Shown here: piece by piece, positions 48,155 to 48,502 of the stretch
Numbering within the stretch: the stretch's first letter is position 1
Layout of the letters: each line of letters begins with the position of its first letter
Notes under the pieces: generated by a model
The model's database searches: none
The model's input: the letters and a program-made list of their open reading frames with translations, nothing else
What the model was told of the DNA's origin: nothing
Made by a program: the position numbers and the translations under genes
Source of the DNA: a virus
Lineage: Duplodnaviria; Caudoviricetes
IMG/VR virus record: IMGVR_UViG_3300033145_000424
Coordinates: 1-48,502 of that record
Reading direction: 5' to 3' (one strand)
DNA length: 48,502 nt

Positions 48155-48274
48155 AATGCACCCCGCGTTATAACAAAATAAATCCACCAGACTGCTCCAA
48201 CATTAGCGCCTTTATTTAACCACCCAGCGCAGCAGGTGATTTACAACGTTATCGGAATTGCCAATTCCTTCTTC

Positions 48275-48502
48275 TCATACTCTGCCCAGTGCGGCTTCAT
48301 ATTCAGCTAACACGATAAGTTGCATTCCGTACTTTAATGCTGTTTCCTGTTTCACGGTGGTAAGATATTCAGCAAATTGCTTAACTGACATCACGCTTGT
48401 TACCGGGAAATCAGCTATTAATTCCATTTGGGCTTCATGGTTATACACGCTGATATATTTATCAAATAAATCAGCAGCCCTGTTGCCTTCTTTGGTATTG
48501 CC
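48275..48502 (-). CDS. NinB/YbcN-like protein, 3' part (joined to 1-271)
   Basis: FPVTSVMSVKQFAEYL; in frame across the junction. Confidence 0.6.
   Translation of the reverse strand, partial: GNTKEGNRAADLFDKYISVYNHEAQMELIADFPVTSVMSVKQFAEYLTTVKQETALKYGMQLIVLAEYEAALGRV
48478..48502 (+). repeat. Terminal direct repeat copy 2
   Basis: Identical to 1-25. Confidence 0.95.

Larger units (their letters stand above)
45857..48254 (+). mobile_element. Integron-like array D (6 cassettes; attC polarity on + strand, ORFs on -)
   Basis: attI-like 45857-45892; attC-like 46096-46182, 46506-46638, 46930-47015, 47335-47419, 47831-47965, 48168-48254. Confidence 0.87.
1..48502. mobile_element. Complete circular tailed-phage genome (podovirus, BPP-1/T7-like structural module)
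   Basis: Terminase, portal, capsid and tail tube gene order; 25-bp terminal overlap; an ORF reads through the junction. Confidence 0.93.

Noticed and set aside
1-48502. Window length equals that of phage lambda (48,502 bp)
   Set aside because: Coincidence: no lambda cos end or lambda genes, and the gene set is podoviral
48478-48502. 25-bp terminal repeat as a biological terminal repeat or att site
   Set aside because: It falls in the middle of an ORF that is intact only when the copies are merged, as expected of an assembler overlap

Overview
Apparently complete, circularly assembled genome (48,477 bp unique, 25-bp terminal overlap) of a podovirus with a BPP-1/T7-like virion module: TerS, intein-containing TerL, portal, scaffold, capsid, tail tubes A/B, internal virion proteins and fibres. 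The host is probably a gammaproteobacterium (inferred from SSB and a pilin-like peptide). It has a leftward recombination module (SSB, YqaJ exonuclease, NinB-like), and I recognise no integrase, DNA polymerase, primase or helicase. The standout feature is four integron-like gene-cassette arrays: about 20 cassettes, 19 attC-like hairpins and a conserved attI-like site closing each array. Every ORF is inverted relative to canonical attC polarity, and no integron integrase is encoded. Also present are three c4-like antisense RNA modules, a type IV pilin N-terminus mimic, a ~400-nt structured non-coding region and an amber-interrupted replication-type gene. All calls come from reading motifs by eye; no searches were run.
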